From the NCBI RefSeq assembly GCF_964204645.1, contig NC_134035.1:5704001-5768000 (forward strand): a stretch of DNA of 64,000 nucleotides, written 5' to 3'. Origin of the DNA: Tubulanus polymorphus. Lineage: Eukaryota > Animalia > Nemertea. Positions 1 through 34,600 of the stretch are shown here, piece by piece. Position 1 is the stretch's first letter; each line of letters starts with the position of its first letter. Under the pieces are notes generated by a model, which saw only the letters and a list, made by a program, of their open reading frames with translations, did no database searches and had not been told where the DNA came from. Both the position numbers and the translations under genes were made by a program.

Positions 1-1729
1 TAACCGCATAAAGAGGTACCCTGAGTTGAAAACGAAAGAGGGAAATATACAGCAAAAAACGAGAATTAATTATGAATTGATTAGAATAAGTAATTTGATA
101 CCACGGAGAAAGATAAGAATATTTTTAAAGTACTGGGTCTATGATGATGTATAAATATAAAGGATTCCTGCTTATGAATTTTACATAGTAGGTTTCATTC
201 ATATAATCTTTCTCCACTTCTGAGTGGATACGGCCTGTTATTCCGCTACTGTTCTAATTTGTCAATAGATTATGGAAAGCGTTGTTCAAAGAAGTCCTTC
301 AAAATCTTCATGGGCTGTTTTCGAGTTATAGGTGCTATAGGGGGTAGTATATCAAATGCAAATGGTTGTCGACTTGGTAAATACGTATTACGCTTATTCC
401 AAGGAATGTCAATATGCAAGTCAAATAATAACGCCCGCGTAGTTTAATTTATCTTACTTGTAAATATGTATGCATACCATGTTAAATATTCCGCAGAAAA
501 ACCTCATTACAGCGAAAAATATCGGATCTACAAATATAGCGGATAGGAACATCGTGACAGCGGCCAATACCGAACAGACTATAAGCGGCCTTTTCCTTCC
601 GAAATAATCCGACCACGGGGGCACCAATAGACTGCCGGTCATAATACCGCCGAAGAATATCGAAAAAATCAAGGCGTTCATGTGACTGGATTCGCAAACC
701 CACGAAAACTGAAAAATAGATGAGATGATTTTACGATTTCTCTGGTGATTGGATCATAGAGATTTCTGCTGAGTGACTGACTGACCTGTTCGGTAAGAGT
801 GTAATAACCGTGTGACTGGTAAGAGTAACCGTTTTGACAGACGACTGTGGTATTATCTGTAATTGACTTGAATTGTCGACACTGATCGAGTTTAATTTCT
901 CCATCCTCACTAGTTGTATATGGTATCGACTGGTTCACTGTTTGATTCACCGTAGACAGTTTACAACGATGTTCCGGAATCCATCCTACCATATATGAAA
1001 CATTCTTTGGATGGTATCAGAATTTTTGGCAAAGCAATCGGTTCCCTAGACGCGGATCTTACGGAATTCCGTAAAATTTTTAAACTGCCAATGCAACCGG
1101 TTTCCCAGTTTTTATTTGCCCTTGGAAAATCTTGACTATTGGCATGCTAATAAAAACCTCAAAATTGCCAGGAGGCGGAATAGAAAAACCTCAAAATTTG
1201 GGGCTGATTATAACTTCCGTAAGTTCGTCATGTATAGTAATGCTCCGTTAGGAATTGAATTGAAATTCTGAATGAGAAATTTGATAGAAATTCGATGAGT
1301 GAAGTCTCTTTAAACAGCATAAAAATGAATATTCCGGTTTAGTCAGCTGCTATGTTACTCGGTGCAAGCTGTTTCCTTGTAAAAAGTAACTAAAACATTC
1401 TTTTTTCAAAACATTTTTCTTTCCACCATTATCTAGCTTATCAATATATGATTCGTAATCTGTATATCGAACGTAATCACGATGGTTATCGTGTACGCCG
1501 CAATGAACAGACTCTGCGAAGGATGAATTATTGTATAGATTTATGATATAAATATAGCCCAGCTATGATAAAAAAAATTCATGAATTTTTGCTTCGCGGA
1601 TGTACCTTGAAACATCAAACCGACTGAACTGAAAGCCGATGCGAAACTGACGATTTCGATGAGAAATATCTGTAGAAACTGATATCTTCCGTAACGTCCT
1701 AACTCCTTCAAGGCGTCTTCGACTTCCAT
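1..1729 (-). CDS. SLC22-family organic cation/anion transporter-like protein, 5' part (continues off the left edge)
   Basis: Exons 1729-1606, 985-786, 708-478 and 20-<1 join in frame across GT-AG introns. Product: MEVEDALKELGRYGRYQ...GWIPEHRC...CQNGYSY...TLTEQFSWVCES...WSDYFGRKRPL...MRFFCG. Shows the SLC22 N-terminus (G-x-x-G-R-Y-Q), a Cys-containing extracellular loop ending (F/W)xxVC, and the MFS motif D-x-x-G-R-K. Confidence 0.9.
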
Positions 1730-2169
1730 CGTGTGTTGCTTGTTCTCTAGTCGCGGGTTCCTCTCCGGAGTCTATAGCCGACTGAGACTAGAGCGAAGGA
1801 ATATCCGGGTCATGTTGACACTAGCAATGTGTACGCAGCCCTAATCGGCGGCTTCTGTATGTAATACTATATCGAGCCTTCGACGTAACAGATTATAGCT
1901 GAAACGTTTCTTTTCAATTGAATTAAAGTGATATATAAGAATTGTGGCACAGGTCGTTTTTGGCCATGTGTAATATGTATTGTAGGACAGAATTATCTGT
2001 GATCAAATTCTTGGTGACATGGTGCTAACCACGACGCATTCAATTTTCGCCTGCCTTTCGTCGACAGCAAGAGGCCGGTGAGGAGGTCCAATCCGGACCA
2101 CTCCTTGATGTCACCATTAATCGCTGAAAATTAGCTCTCATAATGCAAGAACGGCGATGCGCGTTCCTC

Positions 2170-2278
2170 GAACCTAGTTCCACAGTTGTGAGTTAGAGTT
2201 AACTCTGAGTTAAAATTAGTTCATTTTCAATGAGTTAACTAAGGGTCAAATCTTAACTCCGAACTGTGGAACTGGATC
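2170..2278. mobile_element. Palindromic ~110-bp MITE (GGATCCAGTTCCACAGTT-type ends)
   Basis: Ends ctagttccacagtt / aactgtggaactggatcc with internal GAGTTAACTC palindromes. Homologous copies at ~38256-38360, ~39028-39232 and ~60118-60372. Confidence 0.75.
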
Positions 2279-4144
2279 CTGAAGTATATATTGAAGTGAA
2301 AATATATATACGACGAAGGCACTCAAAAAAATTAGGATACGACCGATTTATCAGTCTATAACTGTGATAACGCGTGATATATTCACTCATAAAATACATT
2401 TAATAGCACGCATAGGAGGGCAACAAATAGATGACAACGTGGATAGAGTGAATCTTATCCATCGATTAAAGAATTCCACCCGTTACCACCGCACTGACTC
2501 GGTGTTCTATCGCAACTGCATATCTTCATATGATATATCATCAACTCTATTAACTATCCCCAGTTCGTCACAACTCAGTGCTGTCGAACCGGATCCACGT
2601 CGGACTGGGACGAATTGAAAGGAATCTAATCCAAGTTTTCCAGGCTGTGGCCGATTTTCCGTTAATTCTTCGATAACTCAGTCATCTCGAGAATCTGTTC
2701 TCAAAATGTCGGGCGGTAACGAAGCGATATTCAAATGTCTCGGTTTCCCAGGCTTTCCCTCTATATCCTATTGTTCTATCGATAACTTTGGCATCTTGCT
2801 CTGGTCTAACAGTGTCGGTCGGTGACTGCCCCGGCCAAGCGATATTCAAGCGTCACAGCGCGTCATTCTAAGATTTTAGCGGCTTATAGAAGCAGAAGAA
2901 AAGTCACGGCTGGCGGCCATTTCAAAAACGCGTATGTGGAGGTCTACATCTTGATCCGCTGATCTTTTGAATGAATTGAATGCTTTTTATTTTCAAATAT
3001 AACTTACAGCATAGTGTACATAGATAGAAATTACAGTACATCAGATTTGGAGGGGCATGTAGAAACGGAGAAATAGTTTATATAAAGTAGTCCCGCAAAA
3101 ATAAAAAGTGAAAAACAGAAAAGAGAAATGTAAAAGTTCAATCACGCTCTAAATCAACACACAACATGCACACTTTTAAATTGTCATTATCGTTTAAAAG
3201 TAATCATTCGATAAGCAAGGGTTGTTTTTTTTAAATAATTTCTCAAAAATGATTTTGAATTGTCCGGATTCTTTTGTAGATTATTGTCACTGATGTTATC
3301 CCCAAGCTAAGGGCCTTTGATACGAGAAATTGTACACAGCGTCACCGATATTAACAGACTGGTCGTGTTGGTATATGGAAGCAAAAAGCTGTTCTGATGT
3401 ACGAGTGTTCTGAAACTGCCGGTTCTGTCGATACGCCGAACAGTAAGTATCCGCGTGGTCAGTAAAGCAGTAATCCGACAGTCGTTCTCTACGACTAAAA
3501 CGAACAGTTTCCTTCCCGTAAACCACTGCGTAATGTCGATATTAATTATAAGTCACATTTAGACCACTGGCTCTCGTTGATAACCGCACATTAAACAACG
3601 GCCGAGGGAATAATGGAGCTGCCGCGCGGATTCTCGCGGTATATCGGTGAACGTTACGCGATGACCGTCTGCCTGTAGGGAGTGGGGGTTCGGGTGATTT
3701 ATCAAGGCAGTTGTCAATAACTTGTTCTCCTCGCGCTTCGACGCAACATCTCCTCTGACACGTTCTCCGTGTGATGTATTAATTCGTTTGCTTGTTCAGT
3801 GCCGGCAGGACCGCCGCGCGGAAACAGTTGGACCGCTCGAAAAATATCATATTCAACCAAACAACGATAATACGTCGTACAACGTTCAGATATTATATAG
3901 ACGTATGAATAACGTGTTTGTATTTATTCGTTGCTTTCTCCGCCGTCTCCAGTCAATTTCAGCGGTATATTATTTGTAACGTCGCTGCGTATATAATACT
4001 CGCCGGGTTGCAGCTCGCTCGCGCGCTTTCGCTATCGCTCTCGCTCTCTCAACAAATCGAACTGCCTTGAAACATTTCAGAATGTGCTACCCGAGAATAC
4101 ACGGCCCGTTTACGCAGAAGTAATGCCGTAACTGTTTATCCGCG

Positions 4145-24329
<20,185 letters not shown>

Positions 24330-24469
24330 TTTTGTCGTTGTTATCATGGATTGTGTCAATAAAGATTTTGTAAAAATTTTTTAATCAAAATTGTGTTTGA
24401 ACGCTTGCGGGTTAACTCAAACCAACTTTCGACAGCAGCTGACCCCAAACATTTTATTTTTACAGTATA

Positions 24470-24471
<2 letters not shown>

Positions 24472-24527
<56 letters not shown>
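24472..24527. repeat. (AT)n microsatellite
   Basis: About 28 TA units. Confidence 0.95.
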
Positions 24528-24534
<7 letters not shown>

Positions 24535-24719
24535 ATATTTTTATATACCGGTATCTAATGATTCAATGTGATATGGCGATACATTTCTAATTGATCTATA
24601 TGGTTACAAGTTACACTGAAGCGACAGGGATTTTAAATGAAAATGTTATGTGCTAAAGTTAGTTCTCTTCAACCAATCCACAGTAAGTATGAATTTACGC
24701 GAGGAAATCAGACTTGAAA

Positions 24720-25425
24720 TCAATGGTTATTTTTGACTTTTGAATTTCTACAGCGGATTTTCGTACAAAAATATTCGCGAATATCTCGTCCCAGTAAAAG
24801 ATATATGTAGAAATTTACTACAAAGTTACAAACTTGTAATGGAATACCGATATCGAATACGTAATCGCGCTGTTCCGTAAGAGATTGGCAGGTATCACAG
24901 GAATAGTGGTTGGAAGTGTGCAAAATGCGAGTGAAACTGTTACAAGCATTATATTGTAGTACGTTTTGATTTTGTAGTTTTCTGAACGGACGGAACCATT
25001 TTTGAACATCCGAATAACTGAATTATCATAACAGAATTTGACGCAATAATCATAGTCAAAGGTAGAATATTAGCGTAGATGACGATGATGGTGAAAAACA
25101 TTATTTGGTCAAATAATTCATGGTAAAATTAAGAAAAAAACTAATTGGATAAATGTATGAATAAAGTTGGTATAAGATACAGAACCAGTATATTCACTGC
25201 AGTAATTATCAGTGTAGCAAATCTGGCGAATTTTGGTGTACATATCAAACGAGATGTGGTGAACGGGAAGAGCACAACTGCCGCACGTTCGAGAGTTTTC
25301 GCTACTATTAACCACGAACTATTGCAGTATGCAAAGGCAAATTCATAGATTTTACAACTGATCAGCGAATTCATCATAAATATAGGACCATATCAAGCGT
25401 GCATGAGAGCAAACTGTAAAATTGG
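24720..25425 (-). pseudogene. 5'-truncated, disrupted rhodopsin-family GPCR pseudogene; inverted paralog of 28918-29882
   Basis: Fragments [32 protein letters not shown] and [19 protein letters not shown] lie in different frames. In-frame TAG at ~25141 where the paralog has CAG. Homology stops at ~25425. Confidence 0.9.
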
Positions 25426-25638
25426 TGGGTTTTTGCGAGATCTAGGCCGCCGTCGACTGTCAGACATTCACCGCCAAGTGCTGCCTCTATGTACAACGTT
25501 AGCGGTGAATATGTGAACTAACTCGATCACTCATTATTCCAGCTGTTGCACGCGAGTTTCCTTTATAGATCAAGGTGTATACGCCATAAATCAATGCTCC
25601 GCGACGTTCCTGTGGGGTGGAGCAACCAGGAAGCGAAA

Positions 25639-28600
25639 ATGGCACTTGTCTCATTTTTTTCGTCAAAAACCTCCCGTTTTCTGCCTAATTTCTGGTCAAC
25701 TCGTAGATTAGCGAGTAAGACAGGATGTCAGATCGGGTCGTCTCGCTGTTTGAGCGTAGGAACTGTTCGGTCAGCTCCAGACCGCGCTCAGAAACCCGTC
25801 AACTACGAGAAAACATTCGCCGACTCTCTGCACAATCGGGATGAGATCTGGGGCAAAGCGTCTGATGATATTGTCTGGACGAAAAAATGGGACAAAGTAC
25901 TTGATGAGACTGATCCGATTTTTCCGCAATGGTACCTTTTATTAGATTTTTCCCCATTGTTTTGCCATTTAGTTAACTATTTTCAGGCGCAGATCCAGAG
26001 GGGGGTTTCAGGGGTCATGACCCTCTAGTCAGTACCATGAGTGGCTTAGAATTGGACCACAAAATGCTTAGCTTTTAGTTGCGTTACATGTAACTTGTAA
26101 CATGATAGGCCTATAAGATGGGCTAACAGCCAGTGTTGCTCCTGTAATAAAATGTAACCTAGTCTGTGTGTGAGACTGAGAGGAACGCCAGTCTAACTCA
26201 AAAGTGAAATATATGAAACCTGTGAGAGTAAATTTCCGTCGATTCAACGGTGGCCATTTTGAAAACTTGTGGAGGGGGCTGGCACCTGTGAACTGAGGCC
26301 AGGACAACAACACAAACAAAGAAACAACACGACGAAATTGAAAAAAATTAAGAAATCAAAACCAATTCACATTTTTCATCTACCAGAATTTATTATTTCA
26401 TTATTCATTATGGAAAACACAAAGAACCCCTGAACTTAAATCTCTGATAGGCGGCCTTTGCAGCATATTGTTTGGCCAAACATAAGATGATATGGTACCG
26501 ATTATGTAGTTCTGTTCGCCCGCTTTGTCTTGCGTACATTCCTTCAAGAAAACAATTAAAATTCATTCAGGGGTTTAACATTTTCATTCTTTATGAACCC
26601 CCTCCTGGAAAAAATCCTGGATCCACGCCTGATTTTTAATTACACTTAATGAAGGCATTAGGCCTATGTCAATCTCACTCGATTCAAGCACTGTCACTGA
26701 TGGATGTGCCAAGAAAACAGCTAAGCTGCAAACAAGTTTATGTCATGAAAAATAATTGTTTAGGCCTATTTCTGAATACAAAAGTCTTAATAAAGGAAAA
26801 TCAACTGATTAATTATAAATTGAGAGGAAATTGAGGAATGAGTTTTTTTCGTCGGAAAGCACTGGGGCTTTGCATAGACTTCACGGCTAAGAAAACTTAG
26901 TGAATTTAATATCACGACGGACACAGCATTATTCTAATAAAAGCTGTTTTACCAATCCACTTTAATTCTATCTAATCTATTTACCCCTCTTGTTTGGGGT
27001 AAAGAAGCCAAAAAGATCATCTTTCGTCTAAATTTTGGCTTCATGGTTTGCAGTGTTTTATCAAAATTTGCAAAGCCTTTGTTCCTATCACTTATGTTGT
27101 GCAAAAATTACGTAGGCCTAAATGAAGTGCTTGGTCGGGGCTATTAGCAGGGTTTTTTGACAATTTGAAATAGGCTTAGTGCATTTACGGTAAGAGAAAA
27201 AGTATTTGATAGCTGAACTATATTTTCTTCTTGATTAAAAGGTTTCCTGGTGGAGAACTGAGTTTCTGTTATAACGGTATTGATCGTCACGTTGATGAAG
27301 GAAGAGGCGATCAAGTCGCTATCGTCTTCGATAGCCCCGTTACTGATACCATCGAAAGGATTACTTACAGGGAACTACAAGAACAGGTAAAGATGCTCTA
27401 TGATTCATATAGAAAACCAGGCGTACCCGTCAGATCGGTGTAAGGAGAATGTCGGGTTTGGTTTGTTCTTATTTTCGAATATATTTCTGTCTCGAATTCC
27501 GATTTTCAAGGTCAGAAATTCACTTATCATCGTAGTATTTTATGGTCTGAATGATCTGAAATGCTAGCTCGATATTCCAGTCATTGGTACATAACACAAC
27601 TCTATGTTTCTGACTTCTAGGGCCCTACAGTTAGAGCATATTATTAAGGGTTCATCCCTTACTAGAATAAAGGAATGATTATGTCTCATAAAATACAGGA
27701 TTCGTATTTTTGTAGGTTGCTAAGTTCGCTTCAGTTCTGGTGGAACAAGGCGTCAAACGAGGGGATCGAGTGCTCATCTACATGCCTATGATTCCTCAAG
27801 CGATGGTAGCGATGTGGGCCGCGAATAGAATCGGTGCCGTGCATTCCCTCGTTTTCGGAGGTTTCGCCGCTAAAGAACTGTCTACTCGTATCGCTCACGC
27901 TGAGGTGAGTCTCCTATTTTGATAATGTAGCCTACGTATGCAAAATAGAAAAATCCTGCAGTTTTAATGAATTACTAATAGAGTAATAACGTTTCCTATC
28001 GAATGCAATGAGCCTTTGCTAAAACAGATCTGTTTACAAATGTGTTTTGAAAATGGCGTTATGGTAATGAAATTTATCTGTTTTGATAATTGATTCAGCC
28101 CATTCATTGGTCTACACTGCAGTACAATGTATCAGTGATGGACTTTGCTACTATTACACCGCATTGCAGTGTATTTAATGTAATAAGTTTTTAGCCCACT
28201 TTTTAGTCCAAGCAGGCTATTGCATACACTTTTCGTTCGTCTGTCCATCCGTAGATGGAATCCAGTTATTTCGGAATATTTTGAAGACGTTTCAAATGAA
28301 GACATCCTGATCTTTGATTAATACATGTATCTAACCTGATAAATGTTATCACTGTCAGGATTCATCTCCTCACATGGGTTTTCCGAAGTTTTTGGTTAAC
28401 CTTTGTTAGCAATTATAGACTGAGCATATAAACCAATGTAGAATTGCATTTTCTGCCGAATTACATGCTAAGATGTTTTACTATAATATATTTCACCATT
28501 TATAATGAATTATTGCACAACATATATTTGCATTTAATTCAGTTACATTTATATTTACACAATAATAAACTTTCACGAAATCTGAGTAGGCTAAATTGTG

Positions 28601-31600
28601 TTAGATTTCTGAGAATTGATTTTCTATTCGCTGTTTACTTTGAATCTTGCATTGTAGTGAATGTCTTTATATCAAAGAAAAATGAATTTTCCAATATGCA
28701 AAAAACCAGTTAGTTCCAGAACATTCACAGTCAGTTAGTCAGTCAGTCAGAACACTCTCACACAGTCAGTACACTCACATAGTCTGTACACTCTCACTCA
28801 GTCAGTACACTCAGTCAGTACACTTTTCAACAGTCCGTGCACTTTCAGACAGTCGGTACACTCTTAGACAGTCAGTGCACTCTCACAGTCACTACACTCT
28901 TATAATCTTCATGAATCATGAATTCTACTCAGATACTCATTGGCAGATCTTATATGAGTTACATCGTTCTCATGTCTGTTGTGAACAGATCTGGAATCTA
29001 CCGCACCGTGTCACTGATCTTTCTGCCTATCGTATTCCTGTTTGGGACATTTGGAAATTCTGCTACTTTTCTGATAATGACAAGTCACCGATTCCGCGGT
29101 TTATCCTATGCTAACTATCTTATCGTTTTGACAGTCTGTGATTCTATGTGCTGCATCAATTTTACACTGATGCCTGTTTTACAGTTTGTTCTCTTCCACA
29201 TTAAAGATGGTCCTATATTCATCATGAATTCAGTGATCAGTTGTCAAATCTATGAATTGATAATGAACCTTGTAGCCTGCAATAGTGCGTGGTTGATAGT
29301 AGCAATATCTCTAGAACGCGCGGCAGTTGTGCTCTTTCCGTTCACATCTCGTTTGATATGTCCCCTAAATTTGCTAGTTTTTCTGCATTGATGATAACCG
29401 CAGTGAATGCACTGGTTCTATACCTTCTACCAACTTTGTTGTTGCATTTCTCCAGCCAGTTTTTAGGATGTTATCATGAATTATTTGATCAAATAATGTT
29501 TTTCACCATCATTGCCATCTACGCGAATATTTTACCGTTGCTGATGGCTATAACCTCAAATTCTGTTATAATAATTCAGTTATTCAGAGGTTCAAAAATG
29601 GTTTCGTCTGATCGGAAAACTACAAAATCGAAATGTGCAACAATAATGCTCGTAACGGTTTCACTCGCATTTGCAATATTCACACTTCCAACAACTATTA
29701 CTACATATTTACCAATCCCCCCGGAACAGAGAGTATTTTTATTGGACATTTTCACCCAGTTTCAAATGTGTAACTATGTGGTAAATTTCTACATATATCT
29801 TTTACTGGGACGAGAAATTCGTGAATTTTTCTGTAAAAAAATCAACATCTGTACGAAGATCCAACAAACGAGTCTTGGCTGAATAGGTTATTCGATGTCG
29901 CGATGTGACACGAGCGCTCTTCAGACCAAAATCGCAGATGATCAGATCAATTAGGCATTAGTGTGATCATCTTTTGTAGATGGAAAAAGGTTTTTTGAGG
30001 AAAATACCAAAAACCGCGGTTTAAACTGGAATAGTGTTGATGTTTGACTATCATTAGCACTGTCATAGGATACATCATTGAATTGGGATCACCCAATTTT
30101 TGTTCATGACACCAGGGGGAGCAGTTAAATATTGAATCACGGATTACCTCCAAATTTATGGTAGCTCCACTGTGTGATAAGATTTTAACTTCATATACAA
30201 TTCGTCTATTTATATCTATGCATATTACCTATGCATATTTTGTAACCACAAAGTTGTAGCTCATGACATGGTCTATAATTTTGGTAAGTTTCAAGGTCAT
30301 TATTGTTTGTATATGGTCACCAGGAAGCGTTGAATAGTAGAATATCGTAGTATCATATCATATTAGTACCTAAGCATATTTTGTTACCACAATCAGTTGC
30401 AAAATTGTAGCTCTTGACATGTTCGATAATTGTGGTGAGTTTCAAGGTCATTGTTTTTTTAGTTTAAGTTCACCAGGGGCATTGAATATTGAAATTTTCT
30501 GTTTGTTGAGCATTCAACCCACTTTCAACCCACCGAGTTATCTATTGAAAGTTGGCAGCACCTGTCACATGGTTCCCACAGAACAGGGAAATTGGGAAAA
30601 ACTTGGAAATTTTGAAATGATAATTCCCAGTTTGGAAATATTTGGGAATTTGAGAAATTTTCCTCAAATCAGGGAAATAATTGGGAAATTCAACATATTT
30701 CATGTATTGTATTTGCCAAGGGGAACTTTCTTCAGCAATTTCCCTTGAAAATCACCTTTATCAACCAGTCACTAAAATGTTGACTGTAGTATGATGATAC
30801 CTGTTCATTCCCATTTTGGGAAATTGAAAAATCACCCATGAAATACTTGGGGAAAACCTGGCAATTTCTAATCCATGTAATTGTGGGGGAACCATGCTGT
30901 CAAACATGCTGTAAAATATCAGTAACTAATGATACACCGCACTGCGGTGTAGATGCACTAAAGGAGTGTGCCCATTACACAATGCACTGGGGTGAAATTT
31001 TTCATATTACCTCCCGCATTTTTGGGTATTAATTAGTCAGCATTGAAAGGGTTAAGTTGATAAGATTAAATCTATTTTCATGGTTTTGGTTTTGCAGCCG
31101 AAGGTTATTGTCAGCGCGAATGTCGGCATCGAACCAAATCGAGTTATTGACTATAAATCATTGTTGGACGAAGCGATCAGATTATCTGGATTTCAGCCAA
31201 ACGTGTCCATCATTTATCAAAGAGAAGGGGTAGGTTTACTATACATGCAGTTTATTTATTGCTTTGCAAGATTGCAGGCTATTACGTCATACGATAGGGT
31301 CTTCACCATAAACGGAGCGTATATGCAATAATTCTGTACGTTTCTGAACGCAGTGGCAATGTATAAGGTAGGGATCTGTCAGCAGTTAAAGGTTTAATGC
31401 AAGGCCGCATGAATGTTTTAAGTTTTCCAAGTACTCTAATTCACGTGATGAAGACCCATCGTCGTTTACCAGAAGCCTCAGAATTTGCTACAACTTTCCG
31501 GTGTATTGTAAATATTAATCAAAAGTTGAATTTTTGTTGTAATCTACAGTACGAACCGGCTGAACTAAACCGAGGAAGGGATATTTCGTTCGACGAGGCG

Positions 31601-34600
31601 ATGGACTACGCCGGGCGTCACGACTGCGTTTCGATCGGGGCGATGGATCCGTTGTATTTGCTGTATACGTCGGGAACGACTGGTCTGCCGAAAGCGGTCG
31701 TGCGTCCGGCCGGCGGGTACGCGGTCGTGTTAAAGTGGTCGATGTGGAATATATACGGAATGAATCCGGGCGACACCTGGTGGGCCGCGTCCGACCTCGG
31801 TTGGGTCGTCGGTCACTCGTACATCAACTATGCCCCGCTGCTCAATGCGAATCCTACAGTATTATTTGAGGTTAGTTTATTGCTTTATTTGAATCGTATT
31901 TGTACGTTTAGATATGGTTGCGATACGCCTACCCTCCAAATTTCTACATAATCTGTACTGTCTATCCTACGATAACAGGTCCCCAAACTGTGGCATGGTC
32001 TGCCACATATTCAAAACAAACCTTTCAAAACGAAGTGCCTCCACAGGGACTCGTATCAGAGTTGTAGGTACTGTACAAACAATAATCTGATAATCCAGAG
32101 TCTATATAGACAATGTATTAACAGATACCGGGTATTTGTTTTTGCAGTTATGATATAGACAATGGATTAAGGGATTATCATTTTTTGATATACCTACAAC
32201 TCTGATACAAGCCCCAGTGAGTGCCAATACACACGATACATCCTTTAGATTCTAATAACTGAACATTATATTATTCCACTTACAAAATTGTGATTAGTTT
32301 CTCAAAAAAGTTTGACTCGTATATCAATATGATTTCTTCATTGATTCGGTTTATCTTCAGTTTATCGATTTAGACGTAAATTTTTTTTGTTAGATTTACC
32401 CTGATCGTGAAACTAAACCACTAATAAACCGGTTACTGATTCATCGAATGAATATTCCGAATCTTTATCCAGGGTAAGCCAGTCGGGACCCCCGATGCCA
32501 GTACATACTTCCGCGTAATCAGTCAACACAACGTCGCGGCCATGTTTCTCGCGCCTACAGCGCTACGAGCTATCCGAAAAGAGGTACGTTATACTCGTCG
32601 CATACGTTACGTACGTTTATACGTAATTAGTTTATCGTTAGTTGTTAGCGACGACGGTATCGTTTTGCATTTCGTATTCGTTCTTCATTCCATCTTCAGG
32701 ACCCCGAAGCAAAACTCGGTAAAGAATGGCCTCTGAATCAGTACGTACAAATCGACTATAGCCCGGTCTATCCACGGGCGGTGCTGGATTTATTCACTGT
32801 CAGCTATTACCAATACGCTTTATCACTATATAATCCGCACTCGGGCAAATCAAGGAGGGGCTCGGTACCGTGGCAGAGTCTAGCAGAGTCTAGCGATTCC
32901 ATCTGATCTACTATAATCATAGAATGATAAAAGGAAAAGACCTGGGTTCAGTTTTATAGAACAGTGCTGGTATTAACTTTAACTAGGGCATTATTTAATA
33001 CTGGACTGGGTCGTGTAGAATGTGGTCCTATAGTTCACTAACCCATCCCCTGGTTAAAGGTATTAGAGGTTTACAGATTTCAAAATCAAGAAAATGCTCA
33101 GCACGTGCAAACCCCCTAACCCTCTACCCAAAAAATATATGATGAATGCTGCATGTAAAATGTGCATTGAAGACCCGAAGGGCTGCAGCTGTGATTCTCT
33201 CATGATTAACGCTTTCTTTAGTTGTAGCTTATTTTGCTCTTTACATTCTGTTATGTTCGTTAAATCGTCATTTACATTCATCACGTCAATCACACACGTT
33301 GTATTTGTAGGTTCAAATATGTGTTTGTGGCCGGTGAACATTGCGATCACGACACTATGGAATGGACTAAATCGATTTTTAAAACTCCAGTACTCGACAA
33401 TTGGTGGCAAACAGGTAAGTGATGTTCTGCATCCATTACCACACGTTCTCAGTTCCGATTTCGCTCTAATGAAAATATTTCAAATCAACTGCTGTAGTAC
33501 TGTGGGTCCTGTGTCTGTTCGGTCTTACACGACATGTTAGGTCTTTCTGCCTTTTGTAAACATTTAGATGTAGCCTGGCTTCGCTGGGAATGAACACTTT
33601 GGGTTTTCTCTCCTTGCCGATGCTAGACTGTTACTTTATACTAAAGATTCTTTTTGAAAAATCTAGTGTGCCAAACTTGAGGAATTAACTTTGACAGAAA
33701 TACTTATCCTAACAAAAAAAGTACAGTACAGTTCACTGGCGGTGAATGTGTTTTGATTCAATAGCTTATCTATGACTGGTTCAGATTTATAGAAGGATAT
33801 CGATTGGATGTATTTTATTCTTTCCTATAGAAACTGGCTGGCCGATGACGAGTACTTGCGTCGGTCTCGGCAACAATCTTCATCCAGTAGCCGGCGTTTC
33901 TGGTAGACCGGTGCCGGGATGGGACGGTATGTACAATCCGGTCTGTCGAACCTCGTAATTAGATCTCATTCTTCGGTTTCATAAAATCGTTCGCTTCGCT
34001 TCGTATTTTCAGTGAAAGTTCTCAAAAAAGACATGACCGAATGCGACAAGTCGGAACTCGGAAATATCGTCGTCAAGTAAGCCTTTTGCAGGAAAATTGT
34101 TCAATTTTTCCATGATTCTGGATTCCGCAATCTAACTAAACGTTGATTGTTATACTCTAGGTTGCCATTGCCTCCGGGCTCATTTTCAACTATTTACAAG
34201 AACGACGAGAGATTCAAACATCTTTACTTCGAAAATTTTCCCGTGAGTACACGTGACCTCGGAATTTTCTAAAAGCTTATGAATCGATCGCAAGCGGATT
34301 TTCAGTATGGAAAAACTTTTCCCGATGTCGTCGCATTTTACATCAAAAATCGTCGTCAAATAATAAACTTGGCGCCCATTTTACCCCTGGAGGAGTGTTA
34401 TTTTATGAGCAAAAAAGCCACAGTTGGTGATTTAAGAATTTGTTTTCTGATAGTCTCTAAGTTTTAACTAAACTTCGAAACTATCAGAATATACTTTTAT
34501 ATCATCAATTGTGGGTTTTGCTCATTAACTAAGATTGATATCAGTCAGTGTTATTTCATCTCGATTTTCCGTATTGATGTTTCAATTTATTTATAATTAT

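Noticed and set aside
25546-25638. Longer ACSS3 N-terminus from upstream TTG/ATG
   Set aside because: ATG 25639 has a good context (AAAATGG) and starts the presequence-like segment; the upstream part contains acidic residues and resembles promoter or 5' UTR.
33063-33540. 115-aa and 148-aa ORFs
   Set aside because: They overlap ACSS3 exon 8 in other frames or the other strand; no recognisable domain.
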